Shown: positions 1-11,007 of the stretch, piece after piece
Layout: each line of letters opens with the position of its first letter
Numbering within the stretch: the first letter of the stretch is position 1
IMG/VR virus record: IMGVR_UViG_3300021387_001020
Coordinates: 3,367 to 67,366 of that record
Reading direction: 5' to 3' (one strand)
DNA from: a virus
DNA length: 64,000 bases
Position numbers and translations under genes: made by a program
The notes under the pieces: model-generated
What the model saw: only the letters and a program-made list of their open reading frames with translations
Told to the model about the DNA's origin: nothing
Database searches by the model: none

Positions 1-47
1 AAATTCAATTAAGAACTTTCGTATCTTAACGTCCTGTTTTTTACGAG
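1..47 (-). mobile_element. 5' part of a probable group I intron in the tRNA anticodon loop (truncated by the window edge)
   Basis: GGAC (34-31) can pair with exon GTCT, giving a U.G pair at the splice site. A P2-like hairpin TTAAGA-TAC-GAAA-GT-TCTTAA follows, then TTGAATT. Confidence 0.5.
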
Positions 48-79
48 AGACTGCTGAACTACCATTATTCTATCCCGCT
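48..79 (-). tRNA. 5' exon of a probably intron-split tRNA; anticodon not determinable in this window
   Basis: Minus strand reads AGCGGGA-TA-GAAT-AATGGTA-GTTC-A-GCAGT-CT, i.e. acceptor 5' strand, D arm, anticodon 5' stem and C32-U33. The expected 3' stem does not follow. Confidence 0.6.
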
Positions 80-89
80 ATATTAAAAT

Positions 90-112
90 AGAGCAGGAGA
101 GTATCCTGCTCT
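90..112 (-). terminator. Hairpin downstream of the portal gene (terminator or processing stem)
   Basis: AGAGCAGGA-TACTC-TCCTGCTCT followed by ATTTT on the minus strand. Confidence 0.5.
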
Positions 113-133
113 TTATACATATCATTTTATAAA

Positions 134-1720
134 TTAAACATTATCATCAGTTACATTCCTAGTTCTTTCAGCACTTCCAGATATTTCATCATCTGAAGCT
201 CTTGGTCTACCAGCATCATTATCATCCGCAGATTTTTGATAGCTTGATTCAAGAGGCTCCATCATATCCTTTAATCCAATAGCAGTTTCAAACCGCATTG
301 TACAATATGCCTCATATGGAGTCATATTCATCGCCGTAAGATATTTCATGGCAGACCCACCAAGTGTGGCTGAGGTCTTTAATTTTTCAAGATATTCATC
401 TTCATTATAATGTGTCTGATGATGAATAGTAAAAATCGTACCCTCTGCAACATTCTTATCAAGATAATATTGATAATTTTTCTCAAGACGAGAGAGTAAT
501 AATGCTACATAACTAAAATCATTTATAAGAGAATACTTAATACTCAAAGCACTCTGACCATCACCAGATGATACGATTGTTTGACTTGCTCCAGCCTGTG
601 CAAAAATATTATTAATATTCTCTTGAACAATACTTTCATCATTAGTAGAATTCGCCTTTGAGAACGTAATTAATTCTGGTGTTAAACCTGGTGCCAAACC
701 TACACCACTTAATTTTGGCATTATTCCAGAAAGTGCGTCTTTATATGCGTTAGCTAATTCAAGGCTAACCTCAAAGTCATCTACTGTATTTTCATCAAAT
801 GTATCTATTTTTAAAAGAAGAAGATAAAAATTATCAAGTTCTGTTCGATCAGCAACCAATTCTTCTGCTGAAAGCATATTTAGTATAGACGGAAATAATC
901 CAGTAAAGAATGGCAGAGGATTATCAAATTCATCTTGCAATCCACCAAGCAATACTAAAGTCTTTGATGGGTCTAACATAAACCATCTAGCATCTCTGTT
1001 CGATTGATATTCTTTCCATCCATTGATGAAATCTTCCGCCCAACATCCAGACGTATCACCATCAACTCCCTCGACAAAGATGCGGTTTTGCCCAACAGCA
1101 AAATACGTTGCATCGAAAAATACTACCCATTGCCCAGCCTCATTTTTGCCACGTATTTTATAATATTCTACTGGTAACATATGAAAAAATGTCCCAGCAT
1201 CTGAAGCATATGCATAACCACAAAATACACCATCTCTAATAGCAAGAGCTACAGCAGTAGCGAATTCTTCTTTAAAGTTAGTTCTATGAGCAGCAAGTAA
1301 CACTGTCTCATAGTCCTTCATCATTTTTTGAACATTTGGTTCTTTAGTAAATTCAGGTGCTTCAACAATGCAATAATTATATTTCGGCATTGTTGCATAG
1401 TATAAAATTATTTTTCTATATATTGCAGAAACTCTCCATAAAAACCTAGACACACCAACTATCTGTGTTCTATATGAATATGGATTCTACAAATAGGTAG
1501 AAACCAAACTTTTAGTGTACTGCATTGCGGTCTGAGTTCTATTTCTCGACACATCTTGCAAAATCAATTCTTTCAATTTTGCTGCTTTTTTAAAATCTAA
1601 AGCAGTAGGTCTATTAACAACTTCTGGTTCATCATTCTTCTTTTTGGAAACCATCTGTTGTGACATAGTACTGCGTTCATCAGTAAGCGCCTCTTGCGCT
1701 TTAGTTGTTTTTCGGGGCAT
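134..1720 (-). CDS. Probable portal protein (SPbeta YonE position), ~528 aa, one internal TAG read as sense
   Basis: Track ORFs 1487..1720 and 134..1453 are in frame and joined through TAG at 1487-1489 (TYL*NPYSYR). Directly downstream of the terminase; size fits a portal. Confidence 0.7.
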
Positions 1721-1738
1721 GAAGCGCCTCCTTTCTTA

Positions 1739-4700
1739 TCACTCATTATAAGTTGTTGAACGGCGCGGAGGAGTAATTGAAATATATGAAAGGGCATGTT
1801 CAATATTATTTCGTGGTTTTTTCAAAATATCATTTCTTCGTTCTTGCATCAATGCCCAGCCCAAAAGTGCACACGTATATGCGCGATCGTCATGGATTTT
1901 GTTCGCCTTTTCTGGCGTTAATTCAAACGAATCTTTTCCTGTATCACGTTTCTTGCGTACCATATTCACAAGTTCCTCTTTAGCAGCGTCTATATTTGTC
2001 AAAGCAATTTCGTCACGCCAGTCTAACTTAATAGTTTTCGTCTTAACAGACTGTATCTTATTAAGTTCTTCCTTTAACTTCTCCTCAAATTCCTTTCCAA
2101 CAATTTTCTACTTTTTTAACTATTCAGATATTCTCTTTGTTTCATAATCTATCAATTTTTGATCAACATCAAAAACAGTCAGATATCCTTTATGATCATA
2201 ATTAGCCGTAAAGCTAATTTTATTCTAATTCAACATCTCTATCAATGCTTCATACATCATAGATTTAAATGCACTTGGATTCATCATATGCAGTTTACCC
2301 TAAATAGCATCAGGAAATCTTTTTACATATTCCTCAGAATATTCTTTATCTATAAAACCTCTATGCTCAACTCCAGTTTTATCAACCCAATTCTACATCA
2401 GCATATCGGCTATTATAGGGCCTCCTCCTCCTGATCCAGCATCTACATATATTCCAAGTATATTATCATAATTATCTGCACCACCATTGTAATCAAGTAT
2501 CATCTATCTAAGATATTCAACCTAATCTGGCGTTTGCATAGGAGATTTTATTTTTTTACCAACATCCAATAAATTTACTAAATTAACAATTCTTGCTTTT
2601 TTCTCCATACTTCCATCTGGAAGTGGAGACTCATAACACTCGCCAACAAGTACTACAGAATTATCACGAAGTCTTGCCGGGTCATAGCACAACCAAAATT
2701 TCTTATCACCAGTATCATTATTATGAAGTGGTTTTCTCGTTTCTTCATTACGAGTGATAACTCCACGTTTTACAATAGCATCAGCGCCAGCTTCTGTCGT
2801 GAACTGACAATAATATTCTCTACGTGCCTTTTCTGGATTTGTCCTCATTTCAGACTCAACAGTAGAACGAGAGAGTAATGGTGCTATAATTTCTCCATGA
2901 AGCGTAGGTTTAAAAGCTAATTCACAATCTATATGTAATACACAGTAATCTGGATCTCCCATAATCTAACGCTTTGCAAAATCTCTATATAACGCATAAA
3001 ATTTTGTATCAGTACTTGATGCAGAACTAATATAAAATTTTTGGTTTGGAATATTAGTGGCAAAGGTTCTTTGTCTTATTGGGTCAATAGATCTGCCACT
3101 TGCATCCTTACCAGTTTTTAATGATTTATTAACAATAGCAAAAGCAGAATATACATTCATCATTTCTTCTGAAAGAAACCCGCTTTCATCAAAAATGACA
3201 TTTCCTCTCATCACATTGTTATCTTAGAAACTTTTTATCTTCTAATTCTTATAGTTATCATTCCTATAAGGTCGGCATAACTTTTCACCTTCATCGTTAC
3301 ATGGTCAGGTGGCGCTGACTCGTGGGGAGATTATATTCTGTTACCAGGCTCACTCCCTATGCTCTGCGTGTGACTATAATATTATTTATAGCCTTCCACT
3401 CGGATTGGCATTCCAGCGTTTCCGTTTCTTCAGCACTTTTATAAAGAAACCGCTTATTTCTAAGCGGCGAGGCCATCAGAGGAATCATATTTTTCTTTTG
3501 CCTTTAAATATTTTTTATATTTTCTATCAAGATAAATAGAAGCATCTTTATATATAAAATCAAGAAATTTCATTTTGTCATCATTCGATGTTATTTCTGG
3601 AACATACATAATATTTCCATACTCGTTTAAGTAATTATACTCATGAATACATATATCTTTACTACGAATATATTTAATAATATCATCATTTAAATTCTTA
3701 GATGCCGTAATAAATGACACCCATAATCTACTATTCGATAAACCAAATCTACCATCGGCATCAAAATATCCACGTAATAAATGTCTATATAATTCTTCTG
3801 GGATTTTTGGGAAAGAAACAGTATATGTTTTATTTCCAGCCAAACCAAATTTTTCGAGAGAATTATACATAATTATTGAAAATATTCTTATCTGACAGCT
3901 ATGATTCATTTTGTCTGAATTAGATAAAGAACATGATCTCCATCTGTCTGTAATGTTATAATTACCATCCAAAGATTTATTAAATTTTCTCAAATGATTA
4001 ATATCACCATATTGCAACTCAATATTAATACATCCTGAATTTGTTTTTTCACTTTTATATACATTTCCATCTGCCAGTATAAATCCTAACCAGTAAGCTT
4101 TTTCCTCAGTATCTATAATATCAAAATAATGATAATTACAATAATATGGATATTTTTTTAATCCCATCCTTGAAGCTTTTAATCCAATTGCAGATGGAGA
4201 ACGATTTAATATTTCACTAATTTCATTTTTACTCATCTGCATATAATTTTCTTTAAGAAACGTTAATTCATCATTTGTCCATGGCAATTCTTTTTTATAC
4301 AAATTTAAATCAAAACATTTGGAACGAATAGCCCCTTCAGATTTGCCTAATTTAATGCCAATCTCACTATATTCCATATCCATATAATGTTTAATTAAAA
4401 ATTCAATTTCTTCATTAGACCAAGCTTCATGTTTGATTAAATTTAATTCAGCACATCGTGCATTTATTGACGGAACGGTGCGTCCTAAAGTTTCAGCCAT
4501 GTCTTCAGAACTATATTTTAAATAATTATTTTTTAAATATCTGTCTTCTTCTTCATTCCATAACTTATGAGGTTGTTTTAATAATCCTAATTTTTGAGCA
4601 ACATAAGAAATACTATTAGTACTTTTCCCAATATAATCGGCTATTTCTTGATTAGTATAATTTGAATAATTATCAATAATATACTTTATCTCATCATCTG

Positions 4701-5362
4701 TATAATTTCTAATCTTTATCATTATTCTTTCTCCTTTTGTAAAAATAATCAAATAATAAAAAAGACTCAGCAAAAGCTGAGTCATAATTCAAACCTCTTT
4801 TTTTATCTATATTACTATTTAATGTCTATGTCATAGATCCATTATAAACTTCATAATTAAACCCATTTGAAGAATGACTAAATCCATCTCCCGCGGCATT
4901 CTTAATCTTTATTTCATCTTTAAATATTTTTCCCGTGGAACCAGAAAAAGTATCAATATTATCATTAGCAATTCTTTCTAATGTAGTAAATGTCTACTCT
5001 GCCTATGACCCAGAACCTGAAGCAATATATGTCCAATAATTACAGAAACACATATCCTTCATCATAGTTTCAAGATCGATAACTGTTGACTTCCCCCATC
5101 CCCGGGTTGCTACTATTAACACATTTGGGCAATTCCATGATCTCTGAACTGCCAACGCCTATGAATCTAGTAACTCAATATTGAACCATATATCAATTCC
5201 TTTAACTGGATTACACTGAAAAAACTTTTGTAGTTTTGCAATCTCCTATAAAGACTCAATTTTTCTTGACGACATAGGATAATCTATTGGTTTTACATAA
5301 ATACCGTAATCCTAATAAAAATCTTTGTCATATGGTAAATCAAAATTTATTTTATTCGGCAT
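1739..5362 (-). CDS. terL: Terminase large subunit, join(5362..4793,3211..1739), ~680 aa, multiple internal TAG, split by a group I intron
   Basis: Walker A ATRGWGKST, Walker B VIFDESGF, ISSAS coupling motif and nuclease motif YDPAR...D. The frame is continuous if TAG is sense and the intron is removed (DKKRG|MRGNVIFDE). Confidence 0.88.
3212..4792 (-). mobile_element. Group I intron in terL
   Basis: The 5' exon ends in U (AGAGGT) and the intron ends in G before ATG AGA GGA. A candidate IGS GGCCTC lies near 3470-3475. Core-like motifs GCCAATCCGAG, CAGAGCATA and AAGTTATGCCG occur in 3212-3460. Removal restores the frame. Confidence 0.85.
3460..4722 (-). CDS. Intron-encoded LAGLIDADG homing endonuclease with N-terminal W-x-x-E-E helical repeats
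   Basis: Motifs AYWLGFILADG and LRGYFDADG; repeats YTDDE/WNEEE/WSNEE/WTNDE; SD AAGGAGA before ATG 4722. Confidence 0.85.
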   Translation of the reverse strand: MIKIRNYTDDEIKYIIDNYSNYTNQEIADYIGKSTNSISYVAQKLGLLKQPHKLWNEEEDRYLKNNYLKYSSEDMAETLGRTVPSINARCAELNLIKHEAWSNEEIEFLIKHYMDMEYSEIGIKLGKSEGAIRSKCFDLNLYKKELPWTNDELTFLKENYMQMSKNEISEILNRSPSAIGLKASRMGLKKYPYYCNYHYFDIIDTEEKAYWLGFILADGNVYKSEKTNSGCINIELQYGDINHLRKFNKSLDGNYNITDRWRSCSLSNSDKMNHSCQIRIFSIIMYNSLEKFGLAGNKTYTVSFPKIPEELYRHLLRGYFDADGRFGLSNSRLWVSFITASKNLNDDIIKYIRSKDICIHEYNYLNEYGNIMYVPEITSNDDKMKFLDFIYKDASIYLDRKYKKYLKAKEKYDSSDGLAA

Positions 5363-6704
5363 CCATATTTGATTCATCATCTACCTCCTCATTTTCTTCG
5401 CTAGAAAACGGAGAGTACAATTCACGAAGATTATGTAAATCAAAAGATATATTTAATCCTTGCTCTTCGATATAATCTTTTAAATCAAGATTCTCTCTAA
5501 GTAACAATCGATTAACTTCTTTATATGAATCTCTTTCTCGCCTAAGTTCCTAGTTATCAGATCTCATTGTGGCAACCATGTCAGACCACTCAGATTCATC
5601 AAGTGCAAGTTGTTTCATTATAGATGCATCTGAAATCTCTTGAACCTGTTGCATACCTCTGCAAGTAGCTATATCAAATCCATTGACTTGACCTTCTCTC
5701 AAATTTAAATCTTTTATTTTCTGAATTTTGCCAGTCCATGTATTTTCACCCTTAATTGAGTTCTTACTATTTTTTAATGATATACAGCTTTCTTTGGCAA
5801 GATTATTTACGCTACCAAGAATTTGCGCTTTCATTTGTTGAAGCGCTTTAATAGTAGCAATATTTTTCTCCGCATTTCGGAAATCCTATGATAGCTGCGC
5901 AACCATATCATCGATATTGCTGGCCTAGAGAAAGCCACGCACGATACTAATAATAGAAGCGGTTCTCATCATATCATCATTCCCTTCTTCGGAAGAATCA
6001 AGAAAACCAATAAGCTAAGAATATAAAAACGGCTAATCAGATAACTTTTCCTTTTCAAAAGGCAGATATCCAAGTAACCGTAAAGTATCATTTTTATTTT
6101 TTTCAAACTATTCAATAATTTCCTAATCTTTTGGTAATGCATTATCTGCCATATCTTCAAGAGATAATGCACCACCAGTATAATTATCAGATTCTCTATA
6201 TGTCATGGTGTAATAATTTACCATCTAAATATTTTTACAATATGAAGTATAAACATTACTTTTGCCTTTACCAGAAGCTCCATTTGCCGCCTCCAATAAA
6301 GATGCTTCCCATACTGATTCAAGCATTGGTTTATCAAGAAAATACATAGCATCATCAACTGTTTGTTTAGTGGGCTATTGCTTTTCCCCATTAATAACAG
6401 GAAGAGCAATTTCTTCTGCACATTGTTTGCAACCATCCGTAATACCAGAAATTTGCCCAGGGGTAGTTGACATATAAAATTTATCTTTTGTTTTTACATG
6501 ACCACAATGTTGACATGTAAAAAACTTATCTCCAACACCCATAGCCTCCAATGCTTTTATCTAGTCACTTGGTTTTAATGTTTCAAACAATTCACATAAC
6601 TATTCTATTGTTTTATCTATTTCTTTTAGGGTAGTAGTTTTTCCTGCTTCCTTTGGCGAAAGCGGTTTTTTCTGACCCTTTCTAATTACTTTGGTAGCAG
6701 CCAA
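5352..6704 (-). CDS. CxxC-containing protein upstream of terL (YonG position; possible terminase small subunit), ~450 aa, TAG-recoded
   Basis: SD AAGGAGG before TTG 6704. The frame is open to TAA 5352 when TAGs (e.g. 6561-63, 5550-52) are sense. CQHC and CKQC motifs; overlaps the terL start. Confidence 0.65.
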
Positions 6705-6767
6705 AACCTTTTACCTCCTTTTAATCATATAATTATAAGAACAAAAAATAATGTTGTTCTAATTTAA

Positions 6768-6840
6768 AGCCGACACAGAGACTCGAACTCTGAACCTATC
6801 AATTACAGATCGATTGCACCACCAATTGTGCTATATCGGC
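6768..6840 (-). tRNA. tRNA-Thr(UGU)
   Basis: GCCGATA acceptor stem; anticodon arm ATCGA-TCTGTAA-TTGAT (C at position 33); T loop TTCGAGT. Confidence 0.8.
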
Positions 6841-6843
6841 AAA

Positions 6844-6917
6844 CGGGAATAGATGGACTCGAACCAACGGCCTAGTGATTAACAGTCACTCGCTACCACC
6901 AACTGAGCTATATTCCC
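6844..6917 (-). tRNA. tRNA-Asn(GUU)
   Basis: Full cloverleaf; AGTGA-CTGTTAA-TCACT; discriminator G. Confidence 0.9.
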
Positions 6918-7015
6918 ATAAAAATAAGCCGCCAATACAAATATCAGCGGCTCAAAAACAAATCACACATACGGCAATAGTGTAATAACAATTTTATATT
7001 AAATACTACGACTTA

Positions 7016-7519
7016 TCAATTATTAATTGGTTTCGCCAGATTTTCTGGAGTGTCAGTATTGAAGCAAACATTATCTACATTATCAAAAATATCTCTTGCA
7101 ATATTTTCATATAACGTAGATGTATTTCCGTTAATATCATTTAATGAATCAGACCAATACTGTACAACACGATTTCGAAAAACAATATAATGCAGCGGAT
7201 TACTCATGATACCATCAACGGTAGCAGAATAAGAATAAGCTGGATTCCCCTCAAAAGCTTTACGGAATAAATCAACTTTACTCATTTCCTTATTCTGCGG
7301 AATAACTTCAATATATACTGTCACAGCACCAAAAGCTTTCTCCTTTGGAAGAATCTGTTCCAACGCATCAGCCTTATCATGATTTTCAACATATAACTTA
7401 ATTATATTATTATCGTCATCAAATATTACATTAATATCTGGATCATCACCGAACAATGCTTTTACTTCTCTAAAATAATTATACCAAGGTGGTGATAATT
7501 TAATCTTTTCTTTACTCAT
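7016..7519 (-). CDS. Hypothetical phage protein
   Basis: 167-aa ORF with SD AAGGAG. Confidence 0.75.
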   Translation of the reverse strand: MSKEKIKLSPPWYNYFREVKALFGDDPDINVIFDDDNNIIKLYVENHDKADALEQILPKEKAFGAVTVYIEVIPQNKEMSKVDLFRKAFEGNPAYSYSATVDGIMSNPLHYIVFRNRVVQYWSDSLNDINGNTSTLYENIARDIFDNVDNVCFNTDTPENLAKPINN

Positions 7520-7607
7520 AACACTAACTCCTTTTAATCCTAAATATAAAAGAGGGCAGTATTAAACCACCCTCAAAAGCATAATACCGAAGTACTATAC
7601 TGGAGAC

Positions 7608-8156
7608 TCAATTAAATTGTTCTTCAATGATCTTCCACACTTCGTCTTCAGATAATTTCTTTGTTCCTTTGTATTTAAACTTTGTTACTCCATCACAACC
7701 AGAAATACAAAATGAAAATCCAGTATGGTCTTCATTATAACAAAGACAACTATCATCGTGGTCGCACTCATGCATTTCTTTATCAACATCATGCATTCCA
7801 AAAATAACAACACCATCAGGAGAATTTACCTCAAGATATTCTTTCTCAAAATCCTCCTCAACATATGTTGTATCATTTTCCATCAGCACGTATCTATCAT
7901 GTTTGTCACTCTGCGCCTGATCAATATAAATACCACCATCAAAAATTTCAAGATAGTAAGCTTCTTCATAACCATCATATTCTGGATCGTGAAGATTAAT
8001 TGATACCAACTCTAAATCTGTAGCACAGATAAGATCAGTAAGAATATAAGCAATTGTATCATAATATCCTACAACCGCTGGCCCCTCACCATCTTCAATA
8101 CTGTCAATTATCATTTCTGATAATTCTTCTAAATCATCTATTCTAATCCTTTTCAT
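7608..8156 (-). CDS. Acidic hypothetical protein
   Basis: 182-aa ORF with SD, in operon. Confidence 0.7.
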   Translation of the reverse strand: MKRIRIDDLEELSEMIIDSIEDGEGPAVVGYYDTIAYILTDLICATDLELVSINLHDPEYDGYEEAYYLEIFDGGIYIDQAQSDKHDRYVLMENDTTYVEEDFEKEYLEVNSPDGVVIFGMHDVDKEMHECDHDDSCLCYNEDHTGFSFCISGCDGVTKFKYKGTKKLSEDEVWKIIEEQFN

Positions 8157-8168
8157 CCTTATGTCTCC

Positions 8169-9371
8169 TTAAAATTTTATATCATAAATACAATCCAGAC
8201 CCTCTGTTTCAGTAATAACACAAACAGCTTGTTCTGGTCGATTTCTCATTCTATTATTAATAGCAAATTCGTCTGGCCCAGAAAGACATCCAGATTGTAC
8301 ACATTTTACATCAGCGTCAGTACGAAATTGATTTGTATGTTTATGCCCGGTTATAATTAAATCAATTCCAAGTTTGAGAAATTTATTTACCCTATCAGCA
8401 GCACTATCAAATGGATCTTTATCACCATGGATAGCACATACATTTATATGATAAACTGGGAAAACTGCCATGCTTTGTTCAATATCATTAGAATGACAAT
8501 TAATATTTTCGAAATTTTGCATCTTAGCTTTAAGAAATGGAATAAGTAAATTATCCATATTCTCATGTGCAAGATCTTGATCTTTCTTAGGATTAATTCT
8601 AGAATGGTTACCTGGAGATACATATACATGAACATTTTTAAACTTATAACTAAGCTCTGCTAAAAAATCACATATATAATCCGTCACCATAAGAAACTGA
8701 TCAATAAGGTCTTGATTGTTTTGAATTCTCAAAGTAGGGTGAATAATTCCTGATAAAACCTCAGAACAGCAAACATAAACATCTGTGGCACCATGTCTAT
8801 TTTGTATTTCAAAAATCCTATCAAGATAATGATCTAATCTATATTTAAGAACATCTTCATCATATACATTCCAGAAATTCTTTATTTCTATACCAGCATG
8901 TAAATCATAAAGAGGTACAATTAATGAACAACCACCATCAATATAATCTTTTTTATTAACATCATAATTAAGACTAGCTTTTCTCGCGGCGTTCTCTATT
9001 GCAGAAATAAATTGTTCTTTATAAGATTCTTTCCTAGCTTCTTCACGAATCAACTTTTTATATTCATTTCGTTCATCGCGAATTTTAACCTTTTCTTTTT
9101 CGAGTTCACGGCGTAATTCAATCAAATCATTTTTATCTGATCCCGAATTATTAATATTAAATTCATTACTTAATTCTTTATAATTAGCGAACTTTTTTCT
9201 ATAAGTTGATTCATTATATTCTTCACCAGGCTCTCTTAAATTTCTATTGAAAATATCAGCCAACTCAACCCATGTCTTATCAATAATACCATTCTCTTTA
9301 GCCATTCCCAATCTCATAATATAAGTTAACTCAGATTCGTCAGGCTTCTTATCTAAATTGGTAAAACCCAA
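8169..9371 (-). CDS. Calcineurin-like metallophosphoesterase (YonJ-like)
   Basis: DLH, GNHSR, HGD and GHKH motifs. Confidence 0.8.
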   Translation of the reverse strand: MGFTNLDKKPDESELTYIMRLGMAKENGIIDKTWVELADIFNRNLREPGEEYNESTYRKKFANYKELSNEFNINNSGSDKNDLIELRRELEKEKVKIRDERNEYKKLIREEARKESYKEQFISAIENAARKASLNYDVNKKDYIDGGCSLIVPLYDLHAGIEIKNFWNVYDEDVLKYRLDHYLDRIFEIQNRHGATDVYVCCSEVLSGIIHPTLRIQNNQDLIDQFLMVTDYICDFLAELSYKFKNVHVYVSPGNHSRINPKKDQDLAHENMDNLLIPFLKAKMQNFENINCHSNDIEQSMAVFPVYHINVCAIHGDKDPFDSAADRVNKFLKLGIDLIITGHKHTNQFRTDADVKCVQSGCLSGPDEFAINNRMRNRPEQAVCVITETEGLDCIYDIKF

Positions 9372-9377
9372 TGGTCA

Positions 9378-9599
9378 TCACTCCTCATCCTCAAATTCAT
9401 CGGAAAGATCTTCATCTGTTTTAAGCATAATAGAAAGAGCGATTTCAGTACCAGCAAATTTCTCGAAACACTTTATAAGAGAGATTTCCTGTTCTTCTTT
9501 ATCACCATTAATATATTTAATTGTCTTACAATCATCAGAAAGTTCACCTTTAATATTAAATTTTTCAGTTGTTACTTTATTATACTTATAATTCTGCAT
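9378..9599 (-). CDS. Small YonK-like protein
   Basis: 73 aa with acidic tail, immediately upstream of the YonJ-like gene as in SPbeta. Confidence 0.5.
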   Translation of the reverse strand: MQNYKYNKVTTEKFNIKGELSDDCKTIKYINGDKEEQEISLIKCFEKFAGTEIALSIMLKTDEDLSDEFEDEE

Positions 9600-9614
9600 A
9601 CTTAATATCTCCTT

Positions 9615-9932
9615 TTAATCCTTAATTTTTTTTACAGAAGCGCCAGATGTTTTATTGACACTTTCCCTAAATCGCTTATCTTCAGTTAATAATATTGACA
9701 TAGCTTGATCATCAGTAAAACCATTATTAACTAAAGCATCAAAACGTTTTTTATTATATTTAGCACTCATATCAAAAAACTCATCATTATTTACTAAATC
9801 TTTATACATAGAAAATAATTCAGCAAGTATCATATATAACATTGGTTTATATTTTTCTACAATACCAGTAATTACTCCATTTGCAATTTCTGGACTTGAA
9901 GTTAATAATTCCAATAATTTATCAATATCCAT
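9615..9932 (-). CDS. Hypothetical protein
   Basis: 105-aa ORF in operon with SD. Confidence 0.65.
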   Translation of the reverse strand: MDIDKLLELLTSSPEIANGVITGIVEKYKPMLYMILAELFSMYKDLVNNDEFFDMSAKYNKKRFDALVNNGFTDDQAMSILLTEDKRFRESVNKTSGASVKKIKD

Positions 9933-9960
9933 TTTATCCTTTTACTCCTTTATATAAATA

Positions 9961-9987
9961 ATAGGAGAGTAGTATTTACCCTCCTAT
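9961..9987 (-). terminator. Intrinsic terminator-like hairpin
   Basis: ATAGGAGGGT-loop-ACTCTCCTAT on the minus strand after clpP; similar stems at ~7551-7574, 12471-12490 and 17221-17247. Confidence 0.5.
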
Positions 9988-10000
9988 AAAAATCCAATTA

Positions 10001-10624
10001 TTAAATCACATAATCAAGCGGCACATCTTCACCGACAATTTTATGTACAATTCCAAGTTCCTTAGCTTTTTGAGCATATACCCAATATTCATCAGTATAA
10101 ATTGAATCATAAAATTCTTCATCAATATTTGTATGGGTAAGAACATGCTCTTTTAATCTTTTATCTCCCTCATCAAAAAAGCGCATTGTATCTCTGGCTT
10201 TCTTTCTTGAATTTTCGAGAGCAACTTCTCCATCATGCTGGAGGAAAGCGCTATTCTTAAATGCTATTCTTTCATGACATGCAAGATAAATATGAAAACT
10301 AGCACTAGCAACAAGATCAAGAGCTATGCCAGTTATTGGTGTTTTACTAGCTTCAATAACATCTACTAATATATTTGCATCAAATACATTACCTCCAGGC
10401 GAACTAATATATATCTTAATCGGTTGCCTGTTTTCAACTGGGAGATTTTTATCTTCCTTATTCCATTTAAGAATATACATTATATAATCTTCAATAACAT
10501 TCTCATTAATTTCATCATTCAAAAATAATGATCTATCATCAAGATACTCCCTATAAAGTTCTTCATATGTAGACATTTGATTTCCACCGCCAGCTAAAGC
10601 AGCAATAATATCGGCCATAAGCAA
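10001..10624 (-). CDS. clpP: ClpP-family protease
   Basis: YISSPGG, catalytic VASAS and QH motifs. Confidence 0.85.
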   Translation of the reverse strand: MLMADIIAALAGGGNQMSTYEELYREYLDDRSLFLNDEINENVIEDYIMYILKWNKEDKNLPVENRQPIKIYISSPGGNVFDANILVDVIEASKTPITGIALDLVASASFHIYLACHERIAFKNSAFLQHDGEVALENSRKKARDTMRFFDEGDKRLKEHVLTHTNIDEEFYDSIYTDEYWVYAQKAKELGIVHKIVGEDVPLDYVI

Positions 10625-10975
10625 TCACTCCTTTGCACTAGTACTTTTCAACAGTTCATCAAACTTCTTTTGCATTTCATCAAGCTGTCTTCTGAGATTA
10701 GCAGTTTCAGAATCTTCACGATTCTTACGATTTTCTTCAAGAACCTCTGCGAATACCTTCTGGAACTTTTCATCATCGAAAAATACAAAACAAGTTTTTT
10801 CCTTGTTCTCTCTATCAGGCTTCACATCAAACAGCCATACATCCTTCTGCCCCTTTGAAAGAATTTGACGCGCAAGTCTAGCACTACGGATAACCTTACC
10901 CTTTATCTCATTATCACCATTAAGTCTTTCAGTTGCCTTTGTTAAATCATTATCTTCTGCACTTCTAATAACCAT
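10625..10975 (-). CDS. Hypothetical protein
   Basis: 116-aa ORF with SD AAGGAG. Confidence 0.65.
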   Translation of the reverse strand: MVIRSAEDNDLTKATERLNGDNEIKGKVIRSARLARQILSKGQKDVWLFDVKPDRENKEKTCFVFFDDEKFQKVFAEVLEENRKNREDSETANLRRQLDEMQKKFDELLKSTSAKE

Positions 10976-11007
10976 GTTTTAATTCTCCTTTTATTCATAA
11001 AATTTAT

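Noticed and set aside
134-6704. Packaging genes as pseudogenes
   Set aside because: The breaks I checked are all in-frame TAG with no frameshifts and intact motifs, which fits recoding.
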